DNA of 64,000 bases. It comes from an uncultured Lachnospiraceae bacterium (lineage in GTDB: Bacteria; Bacillota; Clostridia; Oscillospirales; CAG-272). Numbering within the stretch: the first letter of the stretch is position 1; the number at the start of each line of letters is the position of its first letter. Of this stretch, positions 47,308-55,733 are shown piece by piece. The notes beneath the pieces were generated by a model that worked only from the letters and a program-made list of their open reading frames with translations, did no database searches and was not told the origin of the DNA. The stretch spans positions 3,339-67,338 of the forward strand of contig CAZMZJ010000011.1 of NCBI GenBank assembly GCA_964570825.1, in the 5' to 3' direction. The translations under genes were made by a program, and so were the position numbers.

Positions 47308-48228
47308 ATGAGTATCTTCCCCTACACCGGAAATAAGGGCTGTATCTACCCACTGATTGAAGACATGATGCCGGAGCATGATGTGTATATCGAGCCGTTC
47401 TGCGGTTCAGCCGAAGTGTTCTTTCAGAAGAAACCCGCGAAGAAAGAAGTCATCAACGATTACAGCGGCGATGTGACGCACTTCTTCCGTGTCCTGCAGG
47501 ACAGCGAAAAACTCGCTTTTCTGCTCGGTCGGATATTTCTCTCCGGTAACTGCGAGGAACTGTTCCGTGAGAATCGGGCAAAGCTTGTGAACACTCCGAA
47601 CATCCTTGATGACGCGCTTGAAACCCGCGATCTTATCGAAAGCACCTCATGGCAGGAAGTAAACGATGCTGCTGCATTCTTTGATACGCAGCTATACAGT
47701 TTTTCATCTACCGGAACGAGCTACGCAATTAAAGGTGTGAATATCGTCCCGCGCCTCCACAGACTGATCGTCGGATCTAACCGATTAAAGCAAGCCGCGG
47801 TACTTCACCGAAATTACCGTGATGTGATGCTCGACATCGCCGCTCCGAAATGCTTTATTTTCTGCGATCCTCCGTATGTCAAGACCGAAGGCATGTATCA
47901 GAAAGGCGATTTCGACGAGGACAGCCACCGTGAGTTGTTCGATACGGTATCAACACTGACGGAACGATTCGACGGCGACTGCAAGGTCATGATCACCTAC
48001 AACGACTGCGAATTTGTGCGAAGCCTCGCCGACAGTCACGGCTTTTACTATTACACCCAAGCGCGACTCCACAATATGCAGCAAGCAACGAACCCCGGCG
48101 CACAGTTCATCGAAGCGATTATCACCAACTACGACGCGAAAAAAGTTATGGACGAAAAAGCCTTCTGCCGAACACGGCAAACCACACAACTCACACTATT
48201 CGATTTCTATGACGAAGACGATTTATGA
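47308..48228 (+). CDS. N6-adenine DNA methyltransferase (D12/Dam-like class), orphan
   Basis: FPYTGNKG, EPFCGSAEVFF (SAM-binding) and FCDPPY (catalytic DPPY). No endonuclease neighbour. Confidence 0.88.
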   Translation: MSIFPYTGNKGCIYPLIEDMMPEHDVYIEPFCGSAEVFFQKKPAKKEVINDYSGDVTHFFRVLQDSEKLAFLLGRIFLSGNCEELFRENRAKLVNTPNILDDALETRDLIESTSWQEVNDAAAFFDTQLYSFSSTGTSYAIKGVNIVPRLHRLIVGSNRLKQAAVLHRNYRDVMLDIAAPKCFIFCDPPYVKTEGMYQKGDFDEDSHRELFDTVSTLTERFDGDCKVMITYNDCEFVRSLADSHGFYYYTQARLHNMQQATNPGAQFIEAIITNYDAKKVMDEKAFCRTRQTTQLTLFDFYDEDDL

Positions 48229-48241
48229 AAGGATAAACAAT

Positions 48242-48517
48242 ATGAAAATCAAGATTACCATTCCGCTTCCCGGCACAATTATCGATATGCTCGGCGAGGA
48301 TGCACTCCTCGAAGCTTACTGCGACGGAGAAAACCTCGTCATTTCCACTGTGGATGATGACGATATCGACAGCTTTATCTGCGATGATGACTGCCGGAAT
48401 TGTCCTATCGCTGATGAATGTGAGGACTTCATCCCCTGTCCCGATGATGTGGATTGCGATGAATGCCCGTACTACTGCACCCGCTGTAACAAATGCGTCT
48501 ATGACGATGAAAACTGA
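48242..48517 (+). CDS. AbrB/SpoVT-like N-terminal hairpin fused to a very acidic Cys-rich tail
   Basis: 91 aa. MKIKITIPLPGTIIDMLGEDALLEAYCDGENLVIS, then FICDDDCRNCPIADECEDFIPCPDDVDCDECPYYCTRCNKC (10 Cys). Confidence 0.5.
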   Translation: MKIKITIPLPGTIIDMLGEDALLEAYCDGENLVISTVDDDDIDSFICDDDCRNCPIADECEDFIPCPDDVDCDECPYYCTRCNKCVYDDEN

Positions 48518-48531
48518 AAGGAGCGAACAGA

Positions 48532-48840
48532 ATGAATAAGATTTACAAAATTCTCGGAAAACGCGGGAGGATCACCATCCCGTTTGAGATCAGACAGAAG
48601 CACGGCTACGCATATAACGATGTTATCTCCTTCGAGGAAAAGGACAATACAGTCATTGTCAAACGCGAGAAAATCTGCGACGGATGCCGTAAGACAGAGC
48701 CGGAACCCATGAATAAACCTACCGATGAAATTACGCTGCTTGATTTTCTCGACGGTCTGACCGCCGACGAACAGAGAGCGGCGCTTATTCATCTTTCGGT
48801 GAAATGGGCGGCGCTTCAGGGAGGCAAACCGAATGCGTAA
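48532..48840 (+). CDS. AbrB/MazE/SpoVT-family DNA-binding protein
   Basis: GKRGRITIPFEIRQKHGYAYNDVISFEEKDNTVIVKRE is a typical swapped-hairpin motif. Confidence 0.7.
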   Translation: MNKIYKILGKRGRITIPFEIRQKHGYAYNDVISFEEKDNTVIVKREKICDGCRKTEPEPMNKPTDEITLLDFLDGLTADEQRAALIHLSVKWAALQGGKPNA

Positions 48841-49561
48841 ACCTCTGTACCGATATACCTTTCAGGAAGCAAAGCGGCTCGGAGAGCTTGACGAATGCCG
48901 TGCAAGCTATAAAGCGAACATTGAATGCCGTGACGGTATAGACGAGATGATCCGAGAACGCTTCGACGGTATGTATTTAAGCGGCGATTGTGCAGCCGAT
49001 CTCTGCCGCGAATACGGCATCGACCGTGTCGGTTGGGTGCTTGCCAACACCGTTCAACACGCCGATTGGGACGGGCGATACCGTCCGCAGAACAAGGAAT
49101 GGGCGGCACAGACATACATTCCCCATGACGCGAATAACGACCGAACCGTCGATTATGTCTGCCGATCTCACCCCGAACTCCTCAATGGGCTTGTCAATCA
49201 GTACCGTAAGCATCTGCAAGACCTCGGTATTCACGGAAACGAAGCCGTGATTCACGACGATGAGGCGCAGGATTACACCGGAAAGCTGTTGATCATTAAG
49301 CCGGAGGTTCTGAAGGATGAATATAAAACCGGCGACTATCAGTATTTCTTTGCGGAAAGCGGTTTTGGTTGCGATCCGAAAAGAAGCGGTCAAAAGGTGT
49401 TCGGTCAATTCCTGCTTGACGGTGAGAAGACACACTTCGACCGCTCGGAATTCCTCGGTGTCGCGGATGAAAGTCAGCTTCCGGATTGGGCAACAAAGAA
49501 GCTGCAAGAGCTGATCATCATCTGCGGTCAGAACGAAGAAGGAGGTATGCAGCTCGAATGA
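48833..49561 (+). CDS. DUF3849-like protein (conjugative-element associated)
   Basis: EAKRLGELDECRASYKANIECRDGIDEMI...VLANTVQHADWDGRY matches the DUF3849 pattern as I recall it. Confidence 0.55.
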   Translation: MRKPLYRYTFQEAKRLGELDECRASYKANIECRDGIDEMIRERFDGMYLSGDCAADLCREYGIDRVGWVLANTVQHADWDGRYRPQNKEWAAQTYIPHDANNDRTVDYVCRSHPELLNGLVNQYRKHLQDLGIHGNEAVIHDDEAQDYTGKLLIIKPEVLKDEYKTGDYQYFFAESGFGCDPKRSGQKVFGQFLLDGEKTHFDRSEFLGVADESQLPDWATKKLQELIIICGQNEEGGMQLE

Positions 49562-50409
49562 AAATCAAGGTATATCAGATCGACCATGAGCGCGACGCTC
49601 ACAACGTCGGCTTCATGGATATGAAATGGACAGCCGAACACGCAGGACCAATCGATCCTTCAATCTACAAAACCGTATATGAGGGCAATGTTGACTGCCG
49701 CGACATCGAGGATGTGTTCGATAAGTTCAACCACGACCGTCCGCCGAATTTGTTCGGTCACAGCATGTCCGTCTCCGATGTGGTTGAGGTACAAGGCGGC
49801 GCGCCGGATCTGTACGGGCGCATTAGATTCTATAACTCTTCAACGGCTTACGAAACCTGCGACTATACCGACAAAGAAAAGTTCGAGAAAGATATCGCCG
49901 AAGCTGCGGAGGTCGGCAGAACGATTGATATCGAGCGACTCGAAGGCAAGCATGTACCAACGGTCGAAAACGGCTGTTACTTTTGCGACAGCATCGGCTT
50001 CAAAAGGCTTGATGATTTCGATTCTTCGCAGTGCCAACCGCTTGAAGGTCACAGAATGCTTATGGTCGAGCCGCACAAGCCGCCGTATGAAGCGACGGTT
50101 CCCGACGATTTCCGCGCCATACAGCAATGCGTTTCGGGTACTTTCGAATGCGTCTCTCCCTTCGAGGATGACGCATTTCTTTATTGCAATGACGAGTCAA
50201 AGCTCAACGGCATGGAAAGCAATCGCAAGATCAACGGTGACATCATTGCCGGTGTTTTCATGATTGCCCGTGACGACGGTCACGGCGGAACTGCCGACCT
50301 TACTGACGAACAGATTGAGAAATACAGCAAAATGTTCGCAGCCGACGAAACCTTTACGCCCGAAGAAGTCGCCGACAGCGCGAAGATGTTCTTCATCGGT
50401 TTTGACTAA
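49558..50409 (+). CDS. YodL-like + DUF3846-like two-domain protein
   Basis: MKIKVYQI...FNHDRPPNLFGHSMSVSDVVEV (YodL-like), then MLMVEPHKPPYEATVPDDFRAIQQCVSGTFECV...CNDESKLNGMESNR (DUF3846-like). ATGA overlap with the upstream gene. Confidence 0.55.
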   Translation: MKIKVYQIDHERDAHNVGFMDMKWTAEHAGPIDPSIYKTVYEGNVDCRDIEDVFDKFNHDRPPNLFGHSMSVSDVVEVQGGAPDLYGRIRFYNSSTAYETCDYTDKEKFEKDIAEAAEVGRTIDIERLEGKHVPTVENGCYFCDSIGFKRLDDFDSSQCQPLEGHRMLMVEPHKPPYEATVPDDFRAIQQCVSGTFECVSPFEDDAFLYCNDESKLNGMESNRKINGDIIAGVFMIARDDGHGGTADLTDEQIEKYSKMFAADETFTPEEVADSAKMFFIGFD

Positions 50410-50498
50410 CTCTTACTCCCGGCAAAAGCAGTCTGTGTCAATAAAAGGCACAGGCTCTTTTTATATACACTACACTTCACGAAAGGAGGATTTCACAG

Positions 50499-50795
50499 AT
50501 GAAGATCACAGCAACCATCCGCAAGACCTTTGATAAGGGCAATGTCAGGGCCATCGCAGACGCGACAATCGACGATGCCTTCGCCATTCACAATATCAAG
50601 GTTATTGACGGCGCTAACGGCACCTTCATGTCCATGCCCAACGAAAAATGGACGAACAAGGACGGCGAAACCAAGTACACCGACATCGCCCACCCCGTCA
50701 ACAGCGAAGCCCGCGCCGCGCTTTTCAAGGCGGTATCCGACGCACTCGACGCAAAGCTTGCCGAAGCATCCGCTCCCGTTCAGTCTGCCGACTGA
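50499..50795 (+). CDS. SpoVG-family nucleic-acid-binding protein
   Basis: MKITATIRKTFDKGNVRAIADATIDDAFAIHNIKVIDGANGTFMSMPNEK...DIAHPVNSEARAAL parallels the Bacillus SpoVG N-domain. Confidence 0.75.
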   Translation: MKITATIRKTFDKGNVRAIADATIDDAFAIHNIKVIDGANGTFMSMPNEKWTNKDGETKYTDIAHPVNSEARAALFKAVSDALDAKLAEASAPVQSAD

Positions 50796-50843
50796 TTCCG
50801 TATCCACAACAAAAATCAACAAATGAAAGAATGAGGTATTCGT

Positions 50844-51074
50844 ATGAAAAAGTTTTTCTCCAAAGTTTCCGATAAGGTCAACTCTCTTGCTATCCGCGCA
50901 AAGTGTGCGCTCGACAATGTCAAGGCCGAAGGTTACGTTGATTCCGGCGTTAAAATTTTGATCGCTGTGGTGATCGGGGCACTTTTGCTCGCCGGTCTCT
51001 ATGCTCTGTTCAACACCACGATCATGCCCACCGTCACCCAGAAGATCAAGGATCTGTTCAACTTTAAGGGCTAA
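50844..51074 (+). CDS. Candidate Flp-like major prepilin, copy 1
   Basis: 76 aa with a charged 30-aa leader ending KAEG, then YVDSGVKILIAVVIGALLLAGLYALF (hydrophobic). It lies upstream of the prepilin peptidase and Tad genes. Confidence 0.6.
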   Translation: MKKFFSKVSDKVNSLAIRAKCALDNVKAEGYVDSGVKILIAVVIGALLLAGLYALFNTTIMPTVTQKIKDLFNFKG

Positions 51075-51135
51075 TCCAAGCCCTTCCGTCCGCTTCTACA
51101 AACAACTATATAAATGAAAGAATGAGGTATTTCGT

Positions 51136-51369
51136 ATGAAAAAGTTTATGTCTAAGGTTTCCGAAAAGGTCAACTCTCTCGCCATCCGCGCGAAGTGTGC
51201 GCTCGACAATGTCAAGGCCGAAGGTTACGTTGACTCCGGCGTTAAAATTTTGATCGCTGTGGTGATCGGGGCACTTTTGCTCGCCGGTCTTTACGCTCTG
51301 TTCAACACCACCATCATGCCGACTGTCACTCAGAAGATCAAGGATCTGTTCAGCTACAGCGGTAAGTAA
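51136..51369 (+). CDS. Candidate Flp-like major prepilin, copy 2 (tandem duplicate)
   Basis: 77 aa, identical to copy 1 except F5M, D10E and the last 4-5 residues. The upstream RBS region is duplicated too. Confidence 0.6.
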   Translation: MKKFMSKVSEKVNSLAIRAKCALDNVKAEGYVDSGVKILIAVVIGALLLAGLYALFNTTIMPTVTQKIKDLFSYSGK

Positions 51370-51450
51370 TCAACCAACACGAAGCCGGAAGCGCGGTCAG
51401 AGTAGGCCGCGCCTCCGATATTACTGAAAAAACGGAGGAATGAAAACACA

Positions 51451-52191
51451 ATGAAAAAGATTTTTGCTCTGCTTATGACAACCCTCATGCTTGTCGGAAT
51501 GCTCGCTGGCTGTGTGCAGGAAGATATCGGCGTATCGCTGAACAAAGACGGTACGGGATCTGTCGCTCTGACGCTCGGTCTCGAACAGGATTTCTACGAG
51601 CAGCTCAAGGCGACCGGTGCCGATCCTTTTGAGGGAAAAACCACAACCACCTATAAAGACGGCGACGATACCTATGTCGCCTATACCGAAAAGACCGCAT
51701 ACTCTTCGTATGAGGACATTGAAAAGGCACTTCTCGATATGGAGTATCAGTACGACAAACTGAACGGAGCCGGCGATACCGAAGAACCTGCCGAAACCGA
51801 TCCGAGCGAGTATACGCTCTATCAGCCGGAAAAGGCAGAGACGGATCAGCACATTTTCAAGTCGGTTGATATTGAGTCCAAAAGTGGTATCTTCTATTCG
51901 ACCTATACCTTCAAGGCGGTCATGAATCCGCAGCCGAAGGAATCCGGCGGGTACGAATCCAACGATATGTTCAAGGTCACTGTTACTGTTGAAATGCCTT
52001 CCGAGATCACGCAGTCAAAGGGCGGCAAGGTCGAGGGCAACAAGATCGTCTTCGATATTGAGGACATCACCGAGGAAACCGAGCTTGCAGCGACAAGCGA
52101 AGCCAACAATGTCGGCGTGGTGATCGGCATCGTTGCCGTGCTTGTGCTGATCGCGGCGGTCGTTGTTTTCCTCGTCAAGCGCCAGAAGTAA
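51451..52191 (+). CDS. Lipoprotein with C-terminal TM anchor (LppM/DUF3153-like?)
   Basis: Lipobox MLAGC and a C-terminal helix VGVVIGIVAVLVLIAAVVVFLVKRQK. Confidence 0.55.
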   Translation: MKKIFALLMTTLMLVGMLAGCVQEDIGVSLNKDGTGSVALTLGLEQDFYEQLKATGADPFEGKTTTTYKDGDDTYVAYTEKTAYSSYEDIEKALLDMEYQYDKLNGAGDTEEPAETDPSEYTLYQPEKAETDQHIFKSVDIESKSGIFYSTYTFKAVMNPQPKESGGYESNDMFKVTVTVEMPSEITQSKGGKVEGNKIVFDIEDITEETELAATSEANNVGVVIGIVAVLVLIAAVVVFLVKRQK

Positions 52192-52206
52192 GGAGGTTGC
52201 GAAGGC

Positions 52207-52854
52207 ATGATAAGACCGATACTCCCACCGATCATGACTCCCGACAAGACTGCGATGACAACCCAGTCGCTTCTTGCGCTTGGGCAGCTTGTCGTAATAA
52301 TCGGAATCGCAATGCTCGCTGTATGGCTGATGCTGAAAGCGCTGAGAAAGGACGAAATCAAAGCCAATACCGCCGTGTGTCTGCTCATGACCGCGTGTGT
52401 CGGTCTTTTCGCCTTCCTTTCTTTCGGCATATCGGTTGCGCTTGTCAAAGGACTGATCCTTATGGGAATCCTTCTGTACGCAAGCATTTCCGACCTCGGT
52501 AAGCGTGAAGTTCCGGATTTCGTATGGGTGATGATAGGTATTCTCGCGTTCGTTAGCTTTGACAGCGATAATCTTGCATCCATGCTCATCGGCACGGCTG
52601 TGGTGTTCATTCCACAGCTCGCGTTCGCGATGATCAGACCGAACAGAGCCGTAGGCGGCGCGGATATAAAGATATCCACTGCCTCGGCTTTTCTGCTCGG
52701 CGCGGAAAAAGGAATCCTCGCGCTTATTATTGGGTTGACAATCGCTGTGGTGGTAATGCTCATTTCCCGTAAGGTGAAGAAAGCTGATAAGTCAGAGCCG
52801 TTCCCGTTGGTGCCGTTCCTGTCGCTTGGCGTGATAATGTCATTCTTGCTTTAA
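52207..52854 (+). CDS. A24-family prepilin peptidase (TadV/CpaA-like)
   Basis: Polytopic membrane protein with the two catalytic Asp motifs ASISDLGKREVPD and GGADIK. Confidence 0.8.
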   Translation: MIRPILPPIMTPDKTAMTTQSLLALGQLVVIIGIAMLAVWLMLKALRKDEIKANTAVCLLMTACVGLFAFLSFGISVALVKGLILMGILLYASISDLGKREVPDFVWVMIGILAFVSFDSDNLASMLIGTAVVFIPQLAFAMIRPNRAVGGADIKISTASAFLLGAEKGILALIIGLTIAVVVMLISRKVKKADKSEPFPLVPFLSLGVIMSFLL

Positions 52855-52857
52855 CGG

Positions 52858-52886
52858 TTGAAAAAGACACAAAGAAGTGGTATAAT
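52858..52886 (+). promoter_or_regulatory. Internal promoter in front of the AT-rich cassette
   Basis: TTGAAA, a 17-nt spacer ending in TGG, then TATAAT. Confidence 0.55.
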
Positions 52887-52919
52887 GACTATAAAATCAA
52901 ATACGGAAAGGATTCATGT

Positions 52920-54065
52920 ATGGGTAATCGAATATCTCATATTATAGTTGTTGTACTTCTGCTGCTCATCTTCACGTCATGTGATACCGATACTACCAAG
53001 ATCAATACTCCGAGTGGTGACACTACTTCCACTGAAAAACAGGATATAAAAGAGCCTAATGAATCACAAAACGAATACAGCGTTTTTGATTATGATATGC
53101 TACATTGTGATGTCTGTTTTGAAGTTAAGCCGGCAGATAAAATCAGAGGAATGAGGGCGTTTCTGCTTTCGGAAGATGCTCACTTCTATACGCTCGGGTT
53201 TATGACACAATCAGTAAATCCTGATGAAATCTTGATGATGTCTTATCAATCCGCCAATACAAAAGCTGCAAAATACTATGTCTACAACACTTCAACCGAT
53301 GTTCTTGCTGAAAAAAGATGGCTATCAAATGAAAAGGCAGAAAAAAACGAAAAGTTGTCAGAGGAATTGACAAACAAAGTGTTTACCGAATATCTTGAAG
53401 ATAAATTGCAAAACGAAGCGTTAAAAGCGACTCTTGATAGATTAATTCGTTATCCACTCGTCCAATCTGATATCGGCTCTTCCTGCGGCGTGGTTGCATA
53501 TGACAAGTTTTATGTGGTTACCTGTTTTCTCGGCGATGATACAACAACACGAGGAACGTTTATCTACATGGATTATGAAGGCAATTATCTTGATTCGGTA
53601 TACTATGACACGACTTATGTTGACGGGAGCTTGACTGCCACATATTTTGACAATATTGAAACTGTGTATTCAGAATTCGCTACGGACACAAACCGGAGTA
53701 CCCTACCTGCCACTGTATATGAATGTAAAGAAAACGGACATACACTTGCTGTTATTGATTACGCAGAGTCTTCACATACGCTTTCGCTTGTGTTTGATTC
53801 ATCATCAATAATAAATGTGTTTGATTGTTATAAAGAACCGAATTTCGATGATGGCATCATGCTATTTGAAGGAAGTAGCTCCGAAGAAACATTTGATACA
53901 GTTGACATTCATTACAATCAGAATGAGAACGAATATGCTTGTTCATTCGGTGTAGGTGGTAGCGTCATAACCTTTGGTGGCAAAGACTACAGTGGGAAAT
54001 ATCATTATGCCTCAGAAGAAACCATAAAGGTTATTGATCTAAAAACTATTTTGCCGGACAAGTGA
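52920..54065 (+). CDS. AT-rich hypothetical lipoprotein (compositionally foreign cassette)
   Basis: 381 aa with lipobox LIFTSC. Visibly AT-rich codon usage compared with flanking genes. No recognisable domain. Confidence 0.6.
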   Translation: MGNRISHIIVVVLLLLIFTSCDTDTTKINTPSGDTTSTEKQDIKEPNESQNEYSVFDYDMLHCDVCFEVKPADKIRGMRAFLLSEDAHFYTLGFMTQSVNPDEILMMSYQSANTKAAKYYVYNTSTDVLAEKRWLSNEKAEKNEKLSEELTNKVFTEYLEDKLQNEALKATLDRLIRYPLVQSDIGSSCGVVAYDKFYVVTCFLGDDTTTRGTFIYMDYEGNYLDSVYYDTTYVDGSLTATYFDNIETVYSEFATDTNRSTLPATVYECKENGHTLAVIDYAESSHTLSLVFDSSSIINVFDCYKEPNFDDGIMLFEGSSSEETFDTVDIHYNQNENEYACSFGVGGSVITFGGKDYSGKYHYASEETIKVIDLKTILPDK

Positions 54066-54089
54066 ATAGAATACTGGTAAGCAATTTAT

Positions 54090-54120
54090 GGCGTCGTATC
54101 AAAAGGTACGGCGCTTTTCT
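54090..54120 (+). terminator. Terminator after the AT-rich cassette
   Basis: GCGTCGTA...TACGGCGC followed by TTTTCTT. Confidence 0.5.
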
Positions 54121-54155
54121 TATGCCCAAAATCAAGAATGAAAGGATGAAACCAC

Positions 54156-55007
54156 ATGAAAAACAGAACAGTAATCGGTATCGTGTGCATTGTGCTGGCA
54201 CTTGCGGTCACATTCGGCGTTGCTCCGCTTGTCAATAAGTTGGCAGACAGCAGATGCGAGGTCGTCCGCATGACGAAGAATGTCACGCAGGGACACATGA
54301 TCACCGAATCGGATGTCGAGATCGTGACTGTCGGCAGCTACAATATGCAAAGCGACATCATTAAAAAGAAAGAAACGGTCGTCGGGATGTTTGCAGCCTG
54401 TGACCTCAAAGCCGGAGATATGCTCCTTCCGAGCAAAATAAGCACCGACGCGGATAACGCGGAAGATGTGTTCCGAACTCTTGACGGCTCAAAACAGGCA
54501 ATCAGCATTACAATTCAGACCTTTGCCGCAGGGCTTTCCGCAAAGCTCAAAAACGGAGATATCGTCAGCCTTATCGTTTATACGAACGACAGCGGAAAAG
54601 CCGTTATTCCGTCCGCGCTTTATTATGTTCGGGTTATTACCTCGACCACTGCGGACGGTTATGACAAGGACGAACTGACACCGAACGAAGACGGAACTTA
54701 TGAGCTTCCGACAACGCTGACGCTTCTGGTCAACCCGACTCAAGCGAAGCTGCTCACCGAATATGAAAACGAAGGACGCATCCATGCGGCGCTCGTTTAC
54801 CGCGGAGAAGCAAAAACAGCACAGAAATTCATCGACGCACAGGACGAATACTTCAAGAGACTTGCGGAACAGCCTGCCGACAGCGAAACCGAAGGCAATG
54901 AAAACACAGATGATGAACCGTTCGATATCGTGAAATACGCGAACGACATCATCAACGGAAAGGTCGAAGGATATCTTCCCGAAGGTAAGGTGAATAACAA
55001 TGGCTAA
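54156..55007 (+). CDS. cpaB: Flp pilus assembly protein CpaB/RcpC-like (SAF domain)
   Basis: N-terminal TM helix, then a SAF-like segment VVRMTKNVTQGHMITESDVEIVTV. Confidence 0.7.
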   Translation: MKNRTVIGIVCIVLALAVTFGVAPLVNKLADSRCEVVRMTKNVTQGHMITESDVEIVTVGSYNMQSDIIKKKETVVGMFAACDLKAGDMLLPSKISTDADNAEDVFRTLDGSKQAISITIQTFAAGLSAKLKNGDIVSLIVYTNDSGKAVIPSALYYVRVITSTTADGYDKDELTPNEDGTYELPTTLTLLVNPTQAKLLTEYENEGRIHAALVYRGEAKTAQKFIDAQDEYFKRLAEQPADSETEGNENTDDEPFDIVKYANDIINGKVEGYLPEGKVNNNG

Positions 55008-55731
55008 GTCTATTGCCGTATGGGGTTCGCCGAACAGCGGGAAAACCACCTTTGCCACAAAGCTGGCGCGAAGTATTTATGAAGAATATCAAAGCACAGT
55101 CATCGTTGTGTACTGCGATTATGAAACGCCGACTCTGCCCGTTGTCTTCCCGAACTATAAGAAAGAAGACCTGTTTTCGGTCGGAGTTCCGCTGTCGAAA
55201 ACAGAGATCACGCAAGACGATGTGGTCAAGCAGATCGTCACAGTCAAGGGCAAGATGAACTTCGGCTTTCTCGGCTTCAAGGATTGCGAAAACAGATATA
55301 CTTACCCGCAATTCGATGAAGGAAAAATCCGCTCGCTCTATACCGTGCTTGAATCGCTTGCCGATTACGTCGTGATCGACTGTGCCTCTCGGCTCGGCAA
55401 TTCTCTCTCCCGTGTAGCCGTTAAGGAATCCGACGATGTGATCCGGCTCGCTACGCCGGATCTGAAATGTTTCAGCTATTACGCTTCACAGCTTCCGCTG
55501 TACGCGGAGCCGTGCTTCCGGCTTGATGAGCATATTCAAGGCATCAATGTACCGGACGCGGATCTGTATATGCCGATAGATGAAGCCAAAGCTCATCTGT
55601 CCGATGTCCGCTTCACTATCCCATACAGCCGACTCGTCAAACAGCAGATGCTCGACGGTCATCTGTATGAAGCGGTGAACGATAAGAAGTTCAACGAGAA
55701 GTTCAAAGCCATTGTAGATAAGGTGGTGTAA
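55000..55731 (+). CDS. ParA/MinD-like ATPase, TadZ/CpaE-like
   Basis: P-loop AVWGSPNSGKTTFATKLA. It sits between the cpaB-like and cpaF-like genes. Confidence 0.65.
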   Translation: MAKSIAVWGSPNSGKTTFATKLARSIYEEYQSTVIVVYCDYETPTLPVVFPNYKKEDLFSVGVPLSKTEITQDDVVKQIVTVKGKMNFGFLGFKDCENRYTYPQFDEGKIRSLYTVLESLADYVVIDCASRLGNSLSRVAVKESDDVIRLATPDLKCFSYYASQLPLYAEPCFRLDEHIQGINVPDADLYMPIDEAKAHLSDVRFTIPYSRLVKQQMLDGHLYEAVNDKKFNEKFKAIVDKVV

Positions 55732-55733
55732 GC

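Noticed and set aside
42139-49561. Recurrent C-terminal tails GGMKL, GGGMQLT, GGVKLE, GGMEL, GGMQLE and LGGVIWKD on unrelated island proteins, which looked like a shared secretion or sorting signal
   Set aside because: In every case the Gly-Gly codons are GGAGG(N), positioned 6-10 nt upstream of the next gene's start codon. The motif is therefore the embedded Shine-Dalgarno sequence of the downstream, translationally coupled gene being read through. It is evidence for coupling rather than a protein signal, although a dual role cannot be excluded.
51903-52763. 286-aa minus-strand ORF inside the Tad locus
   Set aside because: It is antisense to the lipoprotein and the A24 peptidase genes, whose products carry clear motifs. 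It has no RBS and no recognisable features, and it would break the co-oriented operon.
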